DNA from: an uncultured Clostridium sp.
GTDB lineage: Bacteria > Bacillota > Clostridia > TANB77 > CAG-508
Length of the DNA: 64,000 nt
Direction: 5' to 3'
Assembly (NCBI GenBank): GCA_947368535.1
Contig: CANBHY010000004.1
Coordinates: 90,242-154,241, forward strand
In this document: positions 30,134 through 40,837 of the stretch, piece by piece
Numbering within the stretch: the first letter of the stretch is position 1
How the letters are laid out: each line of letters opens with the position of its first letter
Notes under the pieces: generated by a model
What the model was told of the DNA's origin: nothing
The model's input: only the letters and a program-made list of their open reading frames with translations
Databases searched by the model: none
Program-made: the position numbers and the translations under genes

Positions 30134-31774
30134 TTATTTTATTTCTACATTAAAATTAATTACTTCATTTAATAATTCATCTGTAATTTCTTTTTCATTT
30201 GCTGTTATTTTGATTACTAAATAACCTTCTTCTAATTTGTAAAATAGTATCATTTTGTTTGAATTATATGTTTTTCTATTAATGTCTGTATACATTATTC
30301 CACTCATTTTAGTTTCTGTTCCAGTATATGCTATTAATGGTTTGCTATTAATAGTTTTTTCTCCTACTTCTGTATAATAAGTTACTTTTCCATAGGACGT
30401 TGATAGCGTTTTATTTTCAATATCAAGTATTTGTGGTATTTCTAGTGTTGATGTTTCAAATTCTACTTCATAATTATAATCTTCTAGTTCTTCGTTGTAG
30501 TCGATTACGTATTTTCTGTGCTCATAGATATTTTGCTTTGTGTCTTGTTCTTTATATTTTTCTGGTATACTTATTTTAATTTCTTCTGTTTTTTCTTTTG
30601 AATAATCAGTATATTTTTTTAATATTCCTATATTATTTCCATTTTCTTTTTCGTTTTTGATATAACTTGAATAATTTTTAATTGAGTTGATATATATATT
30701 ATCTAAGAATTTCTCCGAAATTCCTATATCTGCGCTTTGAATTGTTATTATAAATACATGATTTGCATTTAATGCATATATAATTTTCGCATTTTCATGT
30801 TGTTTTTGTTTGTTTTTATCTAAGATATCATCTGTATAGTATCTGTTTCTATATATGTATCCGCTGTATCCATTTTTTTCTATTTTTTCAAGTGACTCTT
30901 CAAAATCTTTTTCTTCTTTGTTGCTTTCATATTCGCTTAACATGTTTACTCTAGCTGTATCACCTATAACTTCATATATATTATAAGCATATACCGCTGT
31001 TGTTACATTCATCCTACCGTTTTCAAAATCAGACAAATCAAATTGTCCAAATGTTGAGTTTATAGTTGTTGCTTGTAGTTTGCTTGGCAAACTGTAATTA
31101 ACATAGAAATTATTATTCGCTATTTCGTGTTGTGTTGTTTCGTTTATATTATTATCTAATTCTTCTGAGCCTTTGTATTCAATATTTTTAGTTTCTATGT
31201 TTATTTGTTTTGAAAGATTTGTTTTTTCTTCTTTTAATTCAAAATTATATATTATTGTATTTACACTATCTAACAAAATATCGAAATATGTATTTTCTGC
31301 TTCATATGTTATAACTACTATTTTTTCTCCTATCTTAAAAATAGATATCATTACTTGGTTTTCGTTATTTTCATATAATAGCTTATATCCTGGATATTCA
31401 TTTTTAGTTAATTCTTTTTTCTCTTTTTTTAATAGATTGTACTCTGTGTTGTTTTTACTTGCATTATATATAATTTCATCTAATAAATCGTCTATTTCTG
31501 AGTATTTATATTGCTCTTCTAGTTCTATTATTTCTAAGTTTATTTCTCCATTTTTGGTATCATGTTCAAGACTTGCTTTTGTATCAGTATTTTCTTTTAC
31601 ATTCCAAGTTCCATCATATTTTAATGTATATCGATTTGTTTCTAAAATGTTGGTGTTAATTTTTTCTTTTTTGTTAACTACTATTAGTGTAACTAATAAT
31701 CCAACTAAAATTATTAATATCGCTGGTATTAAAACTAATTTTAATCTACTTTTCTTTTCTTTTATCTTTTTCAT
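30134..31774 (-). CDS. Hypothetical signal-anchored extracytoplasmic protein (546 aa).
   Basis: N-terminal TM anchor LKLVLIPAILIILVGLLVTLIVV. No family recognised. Translationally coupled to neighbouring genes. Confidence 0.5.
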   Translation of the reverse strand: MKKIKEKKSRLKLVLIPAILIILVGLLVTLIVVNKKEKINTNILETNRYTLKYDGTWNVKENTDTKASLEHDTKNGEINLEIIELEEQYKYSEIDDLLDEIIYNASKNNTEYNLLKKEKKELTKNEYPGYKLLYENNENQVMISIFKIGEKIVVITYEAENTYFDILLDSVNTIIYNFELKEEKTNLSKQINIETKNIEYKGSEELDNNINETTQHEIANNNFYVNYSLPSKLQATTINSTFGQFDLSDFENGRMNVTTAVYAYNIYEVIGDTARVNMLSEYESNKEEKDFEESLEKIEKNGYSGYIYRNRYYTDDILDKNKQKQHENAKIIYALNANHVFIITIQSADIGISEKFLDNIYINSIKNYSSYIKNEKENGNNIGILKKYTDYSKEKTEEIKISIPEKYKEQDTKQNIYEHRKYVIDYNEELEDYNYEVEFETSTLEIPQILDIENKTLSTSYGKVTYYTEVGEKTINSKPLIAYTGTETKMSGIMYTDINRKTYNSNKMILFYKLEEGYLVIKITANEKEITDELLNEVINFNVEIK

Positions 31775-33499
31775 TTATTTCCTCACCATTACTATTATTA
31801 AATAATCAAATTCTTCCATTAGTATTATTTGATATTCTTCATTTTCATAAATGCTTTTTTCTTCTGATCTTAGTTTTTCTGTATAACCTTGATTTAATAA
31901 CTCTTTTTGGAATTTTGATGAATACTGCATACTTGTTATTACATCTTGTACAGTATTTTCATATCGTAAGCTTACTATCCCATCTTTATAGTTTGCTTTT
32001 ACTAATTTTAATTTTATGTTTTCTTCTATTTTTCCAATTTTCGAATATTTTTTCCATTGATTTTTAGGAATATTATTTTTTATTGTTTCATCATTATATT
32101 TTGTATAATAGTATTCTTCTTTTAATTTTTCAAATGTTGTGGTTTCAATTGTTTCAAATTCTAGATTTTTAAATTTTTCTTGTGCTTCTTGTAGTATTGT
32201 ATAGTCTATTGCAGTGGATGTACTAGAAGTATTTTCATTTTTAGTATTCATACCTATTACATTTCCGTTTATTGCGTCAACTAATATACTTCCCTGATTA
32301 TTTTCTGGTAGTGGTATTGATGTTTTGATATACTCATCTTTTGATATTACAATTCCCTTTTGTATTGTTAATCCTGTTCCTGTTTTAGAAGTTATTGCAA
32401 TTACTGGTGATTCGATATTTATTTCTTGATTATTTTGTAAATTTACTCTGCTTCCATTTTTATTTTTTAATTTAATTAATGCCATATTAGTTTCTGGATT
32501 TGCTGTTATTATTCCTTCTATTTCATAATCTTCTGTTGTATTTGATACTGAAATAAATTGTGCATTAACCAAAGCTTCTTCTATAAATGTCCATGTAGTT
32601 GCAACAATTCCATCTGAAATAAAGAATCCATTCGCACTTGATACAATTGATGTGTTGTAATATGCATCTATTGTAACAACATTTTCTTTGTTTAAATTGG
32701 CTGCGTTTTCAATTTGTTGCTCTGTTAATTCATCTAATTTGCTAAAATTGTATATTTCTCTCAAATTTGTATCGTATGGTGGTGCTATTGCTAATCCATG
32801 TGAAGTCTCTAAATCATTTACTTCTTCTAGGTATTCTTCAATTTCTTCTGAAGTCTCGCCATATAAATATGCTAGTCTATATTCATTATCTATTTTCAAA
32901 AAATAATATGTTAATGTTAAATTGCTTTTTACTGTATTATATTCCATTGGATTTTCTTCATTTTCTTGTTTAATCATTATGTTTGGTAAAGTTATTGTGC
33001 TTATTACAATATCGCCTTTTTGACTTGTTTTAATATTTCCAAAAGTGTTATATTGTATATTTATTTCTTCTACTTGATTAAAAATTTGTGGTACTGCTAA
33101 TTCAGATGCTATTGCATATATATAGTTTGGATTTGTTTCGTCATAACCACTTTGAGAATCTTTATTTTTTGGAAAACTATTATATAATCCTAATTCTAAA
33201 TATTCTTTATGCCTATTATAATACTCTTCTTCTGATTCCTCATCCTCTCCTGGATTTCCTATTAATAATGTTGTTGTTTTTTTAGTTATGTTTTTTATTT
33301 CTTCTGTTGTATTTTCATTTGAAGTTAATTTTTTCTCTAGTTTGTAATTTGTATTAAATTTACTTGTTACATCTAGTTTTTTACTTTCTTTACTAAATGA
33401 TAGCATGTCTGCATTAAAGTTAAATTTACTTGTAAAAGCATATGTTGTAGCTGAAAGTATTACAATTATTATTACTGATATTGATAATATTTTTTTCAT
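31775..33499 (-). CDS. Secreted protein with a degenerate trypsin/HtrA-like fold, likely a pseudoprotease.
   Basis: Signal peptide. GFFISDGIVATT, VIAITS, GIVIS and NGNVIGMNT resemble the HtrA motifs GFIIS.DGYIVTNAHV, VIAIG, GIISA and NGEVIGINT. His, Asp and Ser appear replaced. Confidence 0.5.
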   Translation of the reverse strand: MKKILSISVIIIVILSATTYAFTSKFNFNADMLSFSKESKKLDVTSKFNTNYKLEKKLTSNENTTEEIKNITKKTTTLLIGNPGEDEESEEEYYNRHKEYLELGLYNSFPKNKDSQSGYDETNPNYIYAIASELAVPQIFNQVEEINIQYNTFGNIKTSQKGDIVISTITLPNIMIKQENEENPMEYNTVKSNLTLTYYFLKIDNEYRLAYLYGETSEEIEEYLEEVNDLETSHGLAIAPPYDTNLREIYNFSKLDELTEQQIENAANLNKENVVTIDAYYNTSIVSSANGFFISDGIVATTWTFIEEALVNAQFISVSNTTEDYEIEGIITANPETNMALIKLKNKNGSRVNLQNNQEINIESPVIAITSKTGTGLTIQKGIVISKDEYIKTSIPLPENNQGSILVDAINGNVIGMNTKNENTSSTSTAIDYTILQEAQEKFKNLEFETIETTTFEKLKEEYYYTKYNDETIKNNIPKNQWKKYSKIGKIEENIKLKLVKANYKDGIVSLRYENTVQDVITSMQYSSKFQKELLNQGYTEKLRSEEKSIYENEEYQIILMEEFDYLIIVMVRK

Positions 33500-33503
33500 T
33501 CTA

Positions 33504-34736
33504 TTATTCTCCTATTTTTTCTTTTAGTACGTCTACAATATATTTACTTTCTTCATTGGCATTATTTCCATTTAAATATATATCGTGAAAAGCTTCTGCT
33601 ATAGTTTCATCATAGATATAGTTTCCCTCATTGTCTTTAGCTAAAGCATATTCTGAAATATTTCCTCTCCATTCATCAAAGGATTCAGTTGTATCATTTT
33701 CTTTTTTATAATTTTCATATGCTTCTTCTATTATTGATTTTGAAAAATCTCCATTTGAAAAATCTTCTATAATTTCTAGAATTTGCATGTAATTATCTTC
33801 GGTAATTATTAAAGTTGAATCTAATCCGTATTCTTTTTTCAAGGCAATAAATGATAGATAGTGTCCTAATTCATGTGCTACTGGTGAATATTTGCTACAG
33901 TTTTCAGGAAACCAGCCTGCTTTTTCACTCGCCTTGACTGATTTTTCTAATTTTTTTGGATTCAAAAAATACTTTGCACTTAGTAATATGCTCATTTTTG
34001 ATACTGCTGGTAGTTCTGATTCTGTATCTGAATAAGCAAATGGAGCTATTGGTTGATAAGCTGCAATTAATCCAGCATCTTTTACTGATGTATTGTATAG
34101 AGTTATATTTGTTAAATATTTTTTCATCTCAGGATATTCTTTATATATTGTTTTAAATACTTCTGTTAAATCGTCTGCAAATTCTGGATCCATTTCTAGA
34201 AGATTTGCTGCCACTATGTTATATTTATTTATAAATTTATTTTCCACTTCTGTAATTTCAGGTGTGTTATCTGTTTTTTGCCTTTCAGAATCTTTTATTA
34301 TTATTTCTTTTGCATCTTCTTCTGTAAGTTCTCCTGTGTAGCTTATTCCATATGTCTTATCGTTTTCTACTTCTGTCTTGTTCTTTGATTTTTTTGTTTT
34401 TTTATCATCTTGATTTTCTTCTATATTGTCTGGTTCTTCTGGGTCTTCTTGTTCTTCATGTTTTTGTGATATTTTAGCATTATCATTACTAAAATAATAT
34501 TTTCCTATAGATGTATTTTGTGTTATTGCAGAAAACATTATCATAACGATAATCAAACCTAAACCTGATCCTAGTAATAAAAACTTTAAATCAGAATACT
34601 TGCTTGTTTTTCTTTCTTTCTTTTCTTCGTATTCTTTTTCTTCATGTATTATTGGTCCTACCTCTAATATATTTCCGCAATTCTTGCATACTTTTGAGTT
34701 TTCTTCTATTTTTTTACCGCATTTATTACAATACAT
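33504..34736 (-). CDS. Zinc-ribbon bitopic membrane protein with an extracytoplasmic HExxH domain (putative metallopeptidase-like).
   Basis: CNKCGKKIEENSKVCKNCGN. TM helix FLLLGSGLGLIIVMIMFSAIT. Motif SPVAHELGHYL. Confidence 0.55.
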   Translation of the reverse strand: MYCNKCGKKIEENSKVCKNCGNILEVGPIIHEEKEYEEKKERKTSKYSDLKFLLLGSGLGLIIVMIMFSAITQNTSIGKYYFSNDNAKISQKHEEQEDPEEPDNIEENQDDKKTKKSKNKTEVENDKTYGISYTGELTEEDAKEIIIKDSERQKTDNTPEITEVENKFINKYNIVAANLLEMDPEFADDLTEVFKTIYKEYPEMKKYLTNITLYNTSVKDAGLIAAYQPIAPFAYSDTESELPAVSKMSILLSAKYFLNPKKLEKSVKASEKAGWFPENCSKYSPVAHELGHYLSFIALKKEYGLDSTLIITEDNYMQILEIIEDFSNGDFSKSIIEEAYENYKKENDTTESFDEWRGNISEYALAKDNEGNYIYDETIAEAFHDIYLNGNNANEESKYIVDVLKEKIGE

Positions 34737-34842
34737 TTTTTTCCTCTTTTCATTTGTTTTATACTTTTTTTATTTTATATATTTTTTTCTGTTTTGTATA
34801 TGTTTTTTAGCAAAAAAATAGAAGATTTTTTATCTTCTATTT

Positions 34843-35542
34843 TTAATATATTTTTTGTATGTCAAATTCTAAATAATCTGCACTTATTAATTTATACTCT
34901 ATTCCATATAATTTGTAATCTTTAATATTTCCGTATGCTTGAACCCCATGTAAATGTCCATAATATACCTTTTTAATGTTACTATATTTTCCTAAAATTT
35001 CAGCATATGGATTTTGGTTTTTATTCTCTGGTTTTTCAAATGGTGGATAATGCATAAATATTATTATTTCTTTTGTAGTACCATATTTTTTTGTAATTGC
35101 TTCTAATTCCATTTCTAGTCTTAGTTTCTCTCGCCTTAAAACTTTTTCATCATCTTCTTTTCCGTTAATTATCCATCCATGTATACCTGTTATTATTTTG
35201 TCTTCAAATTCAAAATAATTATTTTGTATAAAGTCTATATTATTGTAGTTGTTTTCTTTTAAAAAGTTTCTCATTTTTACCAAAGTGTTCCACCAGTAAT
35301 CGTGATTTCCTTTTAATAGTAGTTTTTTTCCTGGCAAATTTTGTAGATACTCAAAGTCTTGTTTAGTATCTTCTAATTTCATAGCCCATGAAAAGTCTCC
35401 TGGTAGTACTACTAAATCATCATTATTCACTTTACTTTTCCAGCTATTTGCAATTTTTTCGTCATGTTTTTCCCAGTTTTGACCGAAATATATCCATTGG
35501 TTTGTTACTTCCAAATGATAAGTGCAAATCAGCAATTACATA
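34843..35542 (-). CDS. Metallophosphoesterase (calcineurin-like). A +1 frameshift near 35477-35485 breaks the N-terminus.
   Basis: An AGGAGA RBS plus ATG at 35542 gives MSIYVIADLHLSFGSNKPMDIF and then a stop. The rest of the protein (GQNWEKHDEK...VVLPGDFSW...GNHDYWW) continues in the +1 frame. Confidence 0.7.
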
Positions 35543-35552
35543 TATTGACATT

Positions 35553-36554
35553 TCATTCTCCTAACTTTAAGTTTGGTATTGCATTTAATGTTAAATCTGA
35601 TTTTTCTCCGTTTATATAGTTATAATATCCTGCAGCTGCTATCATTGCTGCGTTGTCTGTACATAGTATTAATTCTGGAAAATATGTATCTAGTTTTTCT
35701 TTTTCAGCTAATTTTTCTAATCTTCCTCTAATATATGAATTTGCAGATACACCTCCAGCTAATACAACTTTATTTATTTTAGTTTCTTTTATAGCTTTTA
35801 GTATGTTGTTTTCTAGCATATCTGTTGCAGCTTTCTCAAAGCTTAAACATAAGTCAGCTTTATTTATATTTGGATCTTTGTGGTTTAGATTTATTACTGC
35901 TGTTTTTAATCCACTAAATGAAAAATCCATATTCTCCATATGTGTTATTGGCAAATCTATAATTTCTTTTCCTTCTTCTTTAGCAAGCTTGTCAATTTTC
36001 GGTCCCCCTGGATATCCTAATCCTACTACTCTTGCTACTTTATCAAAAGCTTCTCCTATTGCGTCATCTCTAGTTTTCCCTAAAATTTCAAAATCTGTAT
36101 AATCATTTACTTTTACTAAATGTGTATGTCCTCCTGAAACTATTAAGCAAATAAATGGCGGTTTTAGCTCTTTATGTGTTATATAGTTTGCTGCAATGTG
36201 TCCTTCAATATGGTTTACTCCAAGTAATGGTTTATTGCTTGCAAAACTTAGTCCTTTAGCATATGAAACACCTACTAATAAAGCTCCTACTAATCCTGGA
36301 CCATATGTTGTTGCTATACAATCTATATCTTTTAAATCTAAGTTTGCTTTTTTTAAGGCTTCTTTTGTTACTTGATTTATTACTTCTGTATGACATCTTG
36401 ATGCTATTTCTGGCACAACTCCGCCATAATTTTCGTGTATTTTTATTTGTGAATTTATAATATTAGATAAAACTTCTCTTCCATTTTTTACAACTGCTAC
36501 AGATGTTTCATCACAACTTGATTCAATTCCTAATATATATATATCTTTTTCCAT
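35553..36554 (-). CDS. tsaD: tRNA N6-adenosine threonylcarbamoyltransferase TsaD.
   Basis: 333 aa, starting [14 protein letters not shown] and followed by Kae1/Gcp family motifs. Confidence 0.95.
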   Translation of the reverse strand: MEKDIYILGIESSCDETSVAVVKNGREVLSNIINSQIKIHENYGGVVPEIASRCHTEVINQVTKEALKKANLDLKDIDCIATTYGPGLVGALLVGVSYAKGLSFASNKPLLGVNHIEGHIAANYITHKELKPPFICLIVSGGHTHLVKVNDYTDFEILGKTRDDAIGEAFDKVARVVGLGYPGGPKIDKLAKEEGKEIIDLPITHMENMDFSFSGLKTAVINLNHKDPNINKADLCLSFEKAATDMLENNILKAIKETKINKVVLAGGVSANSYIRGRLEKLAEKEKLDTYFPELILCTDNAAMIAAAGYYNYINGEKSDLTLNAIPNLKLGE

Positions 36555-36565
36555 ATTTTTTCCTT

Positions 36566-37315
36566 TTATATAAATATTGAAAATATCGTTCCTACTAAAT
36601 GTTCCATTCCATTTACTATTACAGATATTACTGGTGAAGTTATATATCCTAGTATTCCTGATATAAATAAAAGTAGAAATACTAAAGATATTATTTGCAT
36701 ATTATTATCAATCCATCTTTGAGCTTTATAAGGTAATACTTTTAAAAATATTTTTGAACCATCTAATGGTGGTATTGGTATTAGATTGAATACTCCTAAA
36801 CCAATGTTTACTATTATTGCGTAATAAAGCATTGTCATTCCTATACTTATAGGGCTTGCTTGGTTTAAAAATAACATTATTCCTGCACCTGGCACAAAAA
36901 GCATCAATGCATAGAATATTATCATTAAGATAAAAGCTAATATAAAATTCATTAGCGGTCCTGCTAAGCTTACTATTGTTTCTCCTTTTGATGGTGATGC
37001 TTTCGAAAAATTATTTGTGTTTATTTGTACTGGTTTTCCCCAACCTATATGTGCAAATATTAATAAAAATATACCTACTGGATCTATATGTTTTAAGGGA
37101 TCTAAACTCAATCTTCCTTGATTTCTTGGTGTTGAATCTCCTAATCTGTCAGCAGCAAATGCGTGAGCAAATTCATGAAATGATATTGCCATTATTACTC
37201 CTGGTAAAGTTAATAGAGTTGACACTAAGTTAAAACTACCTAAGTTCATTAAAGTAAGTAATAACAATATTACTAATGTTATATACAAACCTCTCTTATC
37301 AAAATTAAAATACAT
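36566..37315 (-). CDS. Peptidase M50 (site-2 protease family) membrane metalloprotease.
   Basis: HEFAHAF HExxH motif inside a TM helix. 249 aa and polytopic. Confidence 0.75.
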   Translation of the reverse strand: MYFNFDKRGLYITLVILLLLTLMNLGSFNLVSTLLTLPGVIMAISFHEFAHAFAADRLGDSTPRNQGRLSLDPLKHIDPVGIFLLIFAHIGWGKPVQINTNNFSKASPSKGETIVSLAGPLMNFILAFILMIIFYALMLFVPGAGIMLFLNQASPISIGMTMLYYAIIVNIGLGVFNLIPIPPLDGSKIFLKVLPYKAQRWIDNNMQIISLVFLLLFISGILGYITSPVISVIVNGMEHLVGTIFSIFI

Positions 37316-37481
37316 GTGACTTCCTTTCTATTAATTTATTTTTCTTTCTTCCCATTTTAAGATTTGCTATTGCATTTTATTTAAAAATTTTTTTCATTTT
37401 TTAATATTTTTTATTATAACATATTTTATATATTTTCTATATATTTTTTCTTAAAAAACTTAGAAAATAAATACTCTTAAT

Positions 37482-37509
37482 ATGGACAAAATTTTTGTAT
37501 GTGATATAA
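37482..37509 (+). promoter_or_regulatory. Sigma-A-type promoter: -35 TGGACA, 16-nt spacer, extended -10 TGaTATAAT.
   Basis: tggaca at 37482-37487 and TATAAT at 37504-37509, preceded by tg. Lies about 40 nt upstream of the 37547 start, with an AAAGGAG RBS. Confidence 0.4.
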
Positions 37510-37546
37510 TTGTTTCGTTAAATACTTTAAAGGAGATATTTAATTT

Positions 37547-38479
37547 ATGTCAAAAAATACAAAAGATAATACTAGTCTTCTTAAAAAATGTAAATTTTTT
37601 AAGAATGGATTAAAGCATTCGTTAAATTCACAAGGAGAATTAAAAAAAACTCTAGAACAATTCAAAGAAAAATTATTTGTTTTTATTGAAGAAGGTTCTG
37701 ATATTAATAGTGATGAAACTATCAGTAATATCGAAGCATATATTTCTCTTTGTTCTAATAATATAAATAGAATATCTGATATGTTAAATTCTTTAGATTC
37801 ACTTCGAAATGATGCATCTGTAGTTTCTACTGTTGGAAAGAGCTCTTTCAAGTCAGATATTTCTGAAAAATTTGACAATTTTAATGATGATTATTCAGGT
37901 CTTCAGGAAGATATCAGAAAAAATACTTATACAATATATAAATTTTTACTTTCTTTAATTAATAGCTTTGATTTACCACTTTCTGATTTTGAAATACATG
38001 AGAGTCAAATTAAAAAAATGAAAAGTTTTACTTCTTCTGATAATCCTATTGAAAATACTGACGAGACAAGCTTGTTAACTGATAATCGTACATTAATTAT
38101 TTCTGAAAAAGATGGAAAAGTATATTTACCTTATTATATAAAAGATCTTCAAGAATTATTAAAAAATTTTCCTGAAACTTATTCTAGTATAGAAGATGTT
38201 ATTGAAAAAAAATATATTGTTCCTTTAGATAAATATAAACATCCTTTTACTTCAAGATTTAAAGAAGCTTATAATTTAATGAGATATAAAGAAAATGCTT
38301 CTTTTCTTAGATGTTTAGATTTAGCTTTCGAACTTACTTGGAATACTCTACTTAATCCGGCAATTATTTCTGCTTGTAGTAATCTTGATGAACTTGATAT
38401 ATATTTAGATTATCTATACTCTAACGAGCTTGATAAATTTAGTATTTTTGAAATTAAATATGAAATGAATCCTATATAA
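37547..38479 (+). CDS. Hypothetical protein (310 aa), an orphan plus-strand gene with its own promoter and terminator.
   Basis: Soluble, S/N/K-rich, with no recognisable family. Confidence 0.5.
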   Translation: MSKNTKDNTSLLKKCKFFKNGLKHSLNSQGELKKTLEQFKEKLFVFIEEGSDINSDETISNIEAYISLCSNNINRISDMLNSLDSLRNDASVVSTVGKSSFKSDISEKFDNFNDDYSGLQEDIRKNTYTIYKFLLSLINSFDLPLSDFEIHESQIKKMKSFTSSDNPIENTDETSLLTDNRTLIISEKDGKVYLPYYIKDLQELLKNFPETYSSIEDVIEKKYIVPLDKYKHPFTSRFKEAYNLMRYKENASFLRCLDLAFELTWNTLLNPAIISACSNLDELDIYLDYLYSNELDKFSIFEIKYEMNPI

Positions 38480-38505
38480 ATTTCATTTATATAATTTTAT
38501 TTATA

Positions 38506-38545
38506 ACAAAAAGCCACTTATAAATTCTTATAAGTGGCTTTCTTT
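38506..38545. terminator. Bidirectional rho-independent terminator.
   Basis: 14-bp stem aaagccacttataa / ttataagtggcttt with T-runs on both strands. Confidence 0.75.
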
Positions 38546-38553
38546 ATATTATT

Positions 38554-40236
38554 TTATTGCCAGTTTAATAGTGGATATCCCGCACTATTGTATTTAAAGC
38601 TCTTTCCTATTAGTTCTACAAATTCTGCTGATATCAAATCTGTTCTTCTCATGTCTGGGTATATGTCTTCATAATTTGATATTGCTCTTGGCGCAATATC
38701 TGCCAAATAATATGTCTTGGTAACTATCGCCTTTGAGATATCGCTCTTTCTCAAACCTATTATTCCACCTTTGGTTGCTTCTTTTCCCGTAATTTTTCCA
38801 GCAGAATAGCAGTTTCCTATTGTTGTTGATACAATAGAGTTTTGCCACCCTATTAATCCTCCTGTATAGTCTTCTGAACCTATTACCTCTCCTATATTAT
38901 AACTATCAATCAGTAAAAGTTTTCCTTGAGTCATTCCTATAACTCCTCCTGTATTTCTTGCTCCTCTAATTGTTCCTGAGTTATAACATTTACTTATTGT
39001 TATGTCTCCTGCTGCATTATCTCTTGCTATTAGTCCTGCCGCTGCTGAATATGCGCTTGGTGCTCCTGTGCTTCTTATTTCTCCCGAATTATAGCATCTT
39101 ACAATTTCTACCGTTGATTGCCATACAAATCCTATTATTCCTGTAGCTGAACTACTGCTAGTAATTGTTCCTGAATTAGAGCAGTCTAATATAGTCATGT
39201 TACTGTCTTTCATTGCTACCCCTAATATTCCAGATATAGAATATCCTGTTTCTGTTGCTGTAATATTAGTTTTATTATGGCAATTTTTTATTGTACATGT
39301 ATTTTTTGCCGCTCCAACTAGTCCTCCTGTATCACCTTGTACATACATTTTTCCCGATATTCCAAGATTTTGAATTGTAGCCCCATCAATACAATTAAAA
39401 ATTCCGCATCTTCTAAACGCTGTTTGAGAATTAATATGTATACTATTAATTTCATTATTTCTTCCATCATATTTTCCGCTAAAAACTCGTTCTACTTCTG
39501 GTTTCTGATCAACAGAAACACCAATTCCAATAAATCCGGAGCCCATTCTCATTTCATTTTTTAGTGTATTACTATCACTTGGTGTATTGTTTAAATCTCC
39601 AAAGCTTGTATCATTTGGATTATAGTAATTTGAGTCATTTAAAAAGTCTATGCTTCGTAATTGAGCTACTGTTTTTCCACTATAACTTGTTCCTGAGTTT
39701 ACTTTTTGCGCAAATATTATTAGATCTTCTACTGCATATATTGAATATGGATCTTCGTCTGTTCCCGCTACTTTTACTCCATATTTTTCAACATTTGTAA
39801 ATGTTCCTACTGCGTTTATTTTTACATTATTTATTGTTTCAGAATATGGTTTTGTTATATTTACTGATACATTGTGTATTCCTGTTGATAATCCTGATAT
39901 TGTGTCATCTGTTAAATTTAAATCTGTCATTTCTTGTGATGTTCCTGGTGCTAATGTAAAGCTTTTTAGTATATTTCCGTTAATAGATATATTTCCTTCT
40001 ATATCATATGTATTATTGTTTACTACCGTAGTTGAAACTTTACCTTTGTCTAATCCCCAATTATATATATCAATTTGCTTGCTACTTACTTCTAAATTAA
40101 AAGGTGTTGTTGTCATTTCTATAGTAAATTCTCTTGTTAGTATATATTGAGCATATACTTTTTGAGCAACAATTAATGTTAATAAAAGACCAATAGCTAT
40201 TATTATTGCTATGTATTTTTTTCTATTTTGTATCAC
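38554..40236 (-). CDS. GLUG-repeat surface protein (560 aa), signal-anchored.
   Basis: Repeated GG(L/I)(V/I)G...N...GxI modules, for example GGLVGAAKN, GIIGFVWQS, GGVIGMTQG, GGLIGWQNS and GGIIGLRKS. Overlaps sipW-1 by 14 nt. Confidence 0.6.
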   Translation of the reverse strand: MIQNRKKYIAIIIAIGLLLTLIVAQKVYAQYILTREFTIEMTTTPFNLEVSSKQIDIYNWGLDKGKVSTTVVNNNTYDIEGNISINGNILKSFTLAPGTSQEMTDLNLTDDTISGLSTGIHNVSVNITKPYSETINNVKINAVGTFTNVEKYGVKVAGTDEDPYSIYAVEDLIIFAQKVNSGTSYSGKTVAQLRSIDFLNDSNYYNPNDTSFGDLNNTPSDSNTLKNEMRMGSGFIGIGVSVDQKPEVERVFSGKYDGRNNEINSIHINSQTAFRRCGIFNCIDGATIQNLGISGKMYVQGDTGGLVGAAKNTCTIKNCHNKTNITATETGYSISGILGVAMKDSNMTILDCSNSGTITSSSSATGIIGFVWQSTVEIVRCYNSGEIRSTGAPSAYSAAAGLIARDNAAGDITISKCYNSGTIRGARNTGGVIGMTQGKLLLIDSYNIGEVIGSEDYTGGLIGWQNSIVSTTIGNCYSAGKITGKEATKGGIIGLRKSDISKAIVTKTYYLADIAPRAISNYEDIYPDMRRTDLISAEFVELIGKSFKYNSAGYPLLNWQ

Positions 40237-40834
40237 CTTTTTCGTCTGCCTCCTTTTCTATTCTTTTGCGATGTCTAATGTATTCTTTGTTTTCTTTTTT
40301 TCTTGCATGCACTTCTGCAAAAAGTAATAGTACTATGATTGCAAAAATTCCTATTTGTGTTTGCATGTTTCTTATTGAATACCCTATTTTAGGTATTTTA
40401 AAAATATATCTACCTACAATATTGTCATATTCAGTCATTTTTTCATCTACATTTGAGTTGTTATCACCTTTAGTTTCATAATATTTTTTTCCGTTTTCTT
40501 CAACTATATTGTTTATTCTGTGTGTTACTACATTGTTTCCTTCTTTAAAAGAAATTATATCTCCTTTTTTTATGTTTTCTTCTTTTACTTTTATATTAAA
40601 TATTAAATCATTTATTTTTAATGTAGGTTCCATGCTTCCTGATATAACTACAAAGCTATTTATTTGAAATTTGTTATTGTTTTGTGAAAACTTTCCATAC
40701 ATAATTAAAAGAAAATATACAGTTAGTATAAAGATAAAAAAACTTGTTATAGTGCTTATAATAGTTCTTCTTAAATTTTTATTTTTTATTTTTTTGTCTA
40801 TATTTTCATTTGTAAATTTTCTTAGTTTCTTCAT
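40223..40834 (-). CDS. sipW: SipW-type signal peptidase I (ER/archaeal-type, S26B), copy 1.
   Basis: VISGSMEPTLKINDLI with the catalytic Ser in SMEP, conserved His in VTHRI, and an N-terminal TM helix. Confidence 0.75.
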   Translation of the reverse strand: MKKLRKFTNENIDKKIKNKNLRRTIISTITSFFIFILTVYFLLIMYGKFSQNNNKFQINSFVVISGSMEPTLKINDLIFNIKVKEENIKKGDIISFKEGNNVVTHRINNIVEENGKKYYETKGDNNSNVDEKMTEYDNIVGRYIFKIPKIGYSIRNMQTQIGIFAIIVLLLFAEVHARKKENKEYIRHRKRIEKEADEKGDTK

Positions 40835-40837
40835 ATA

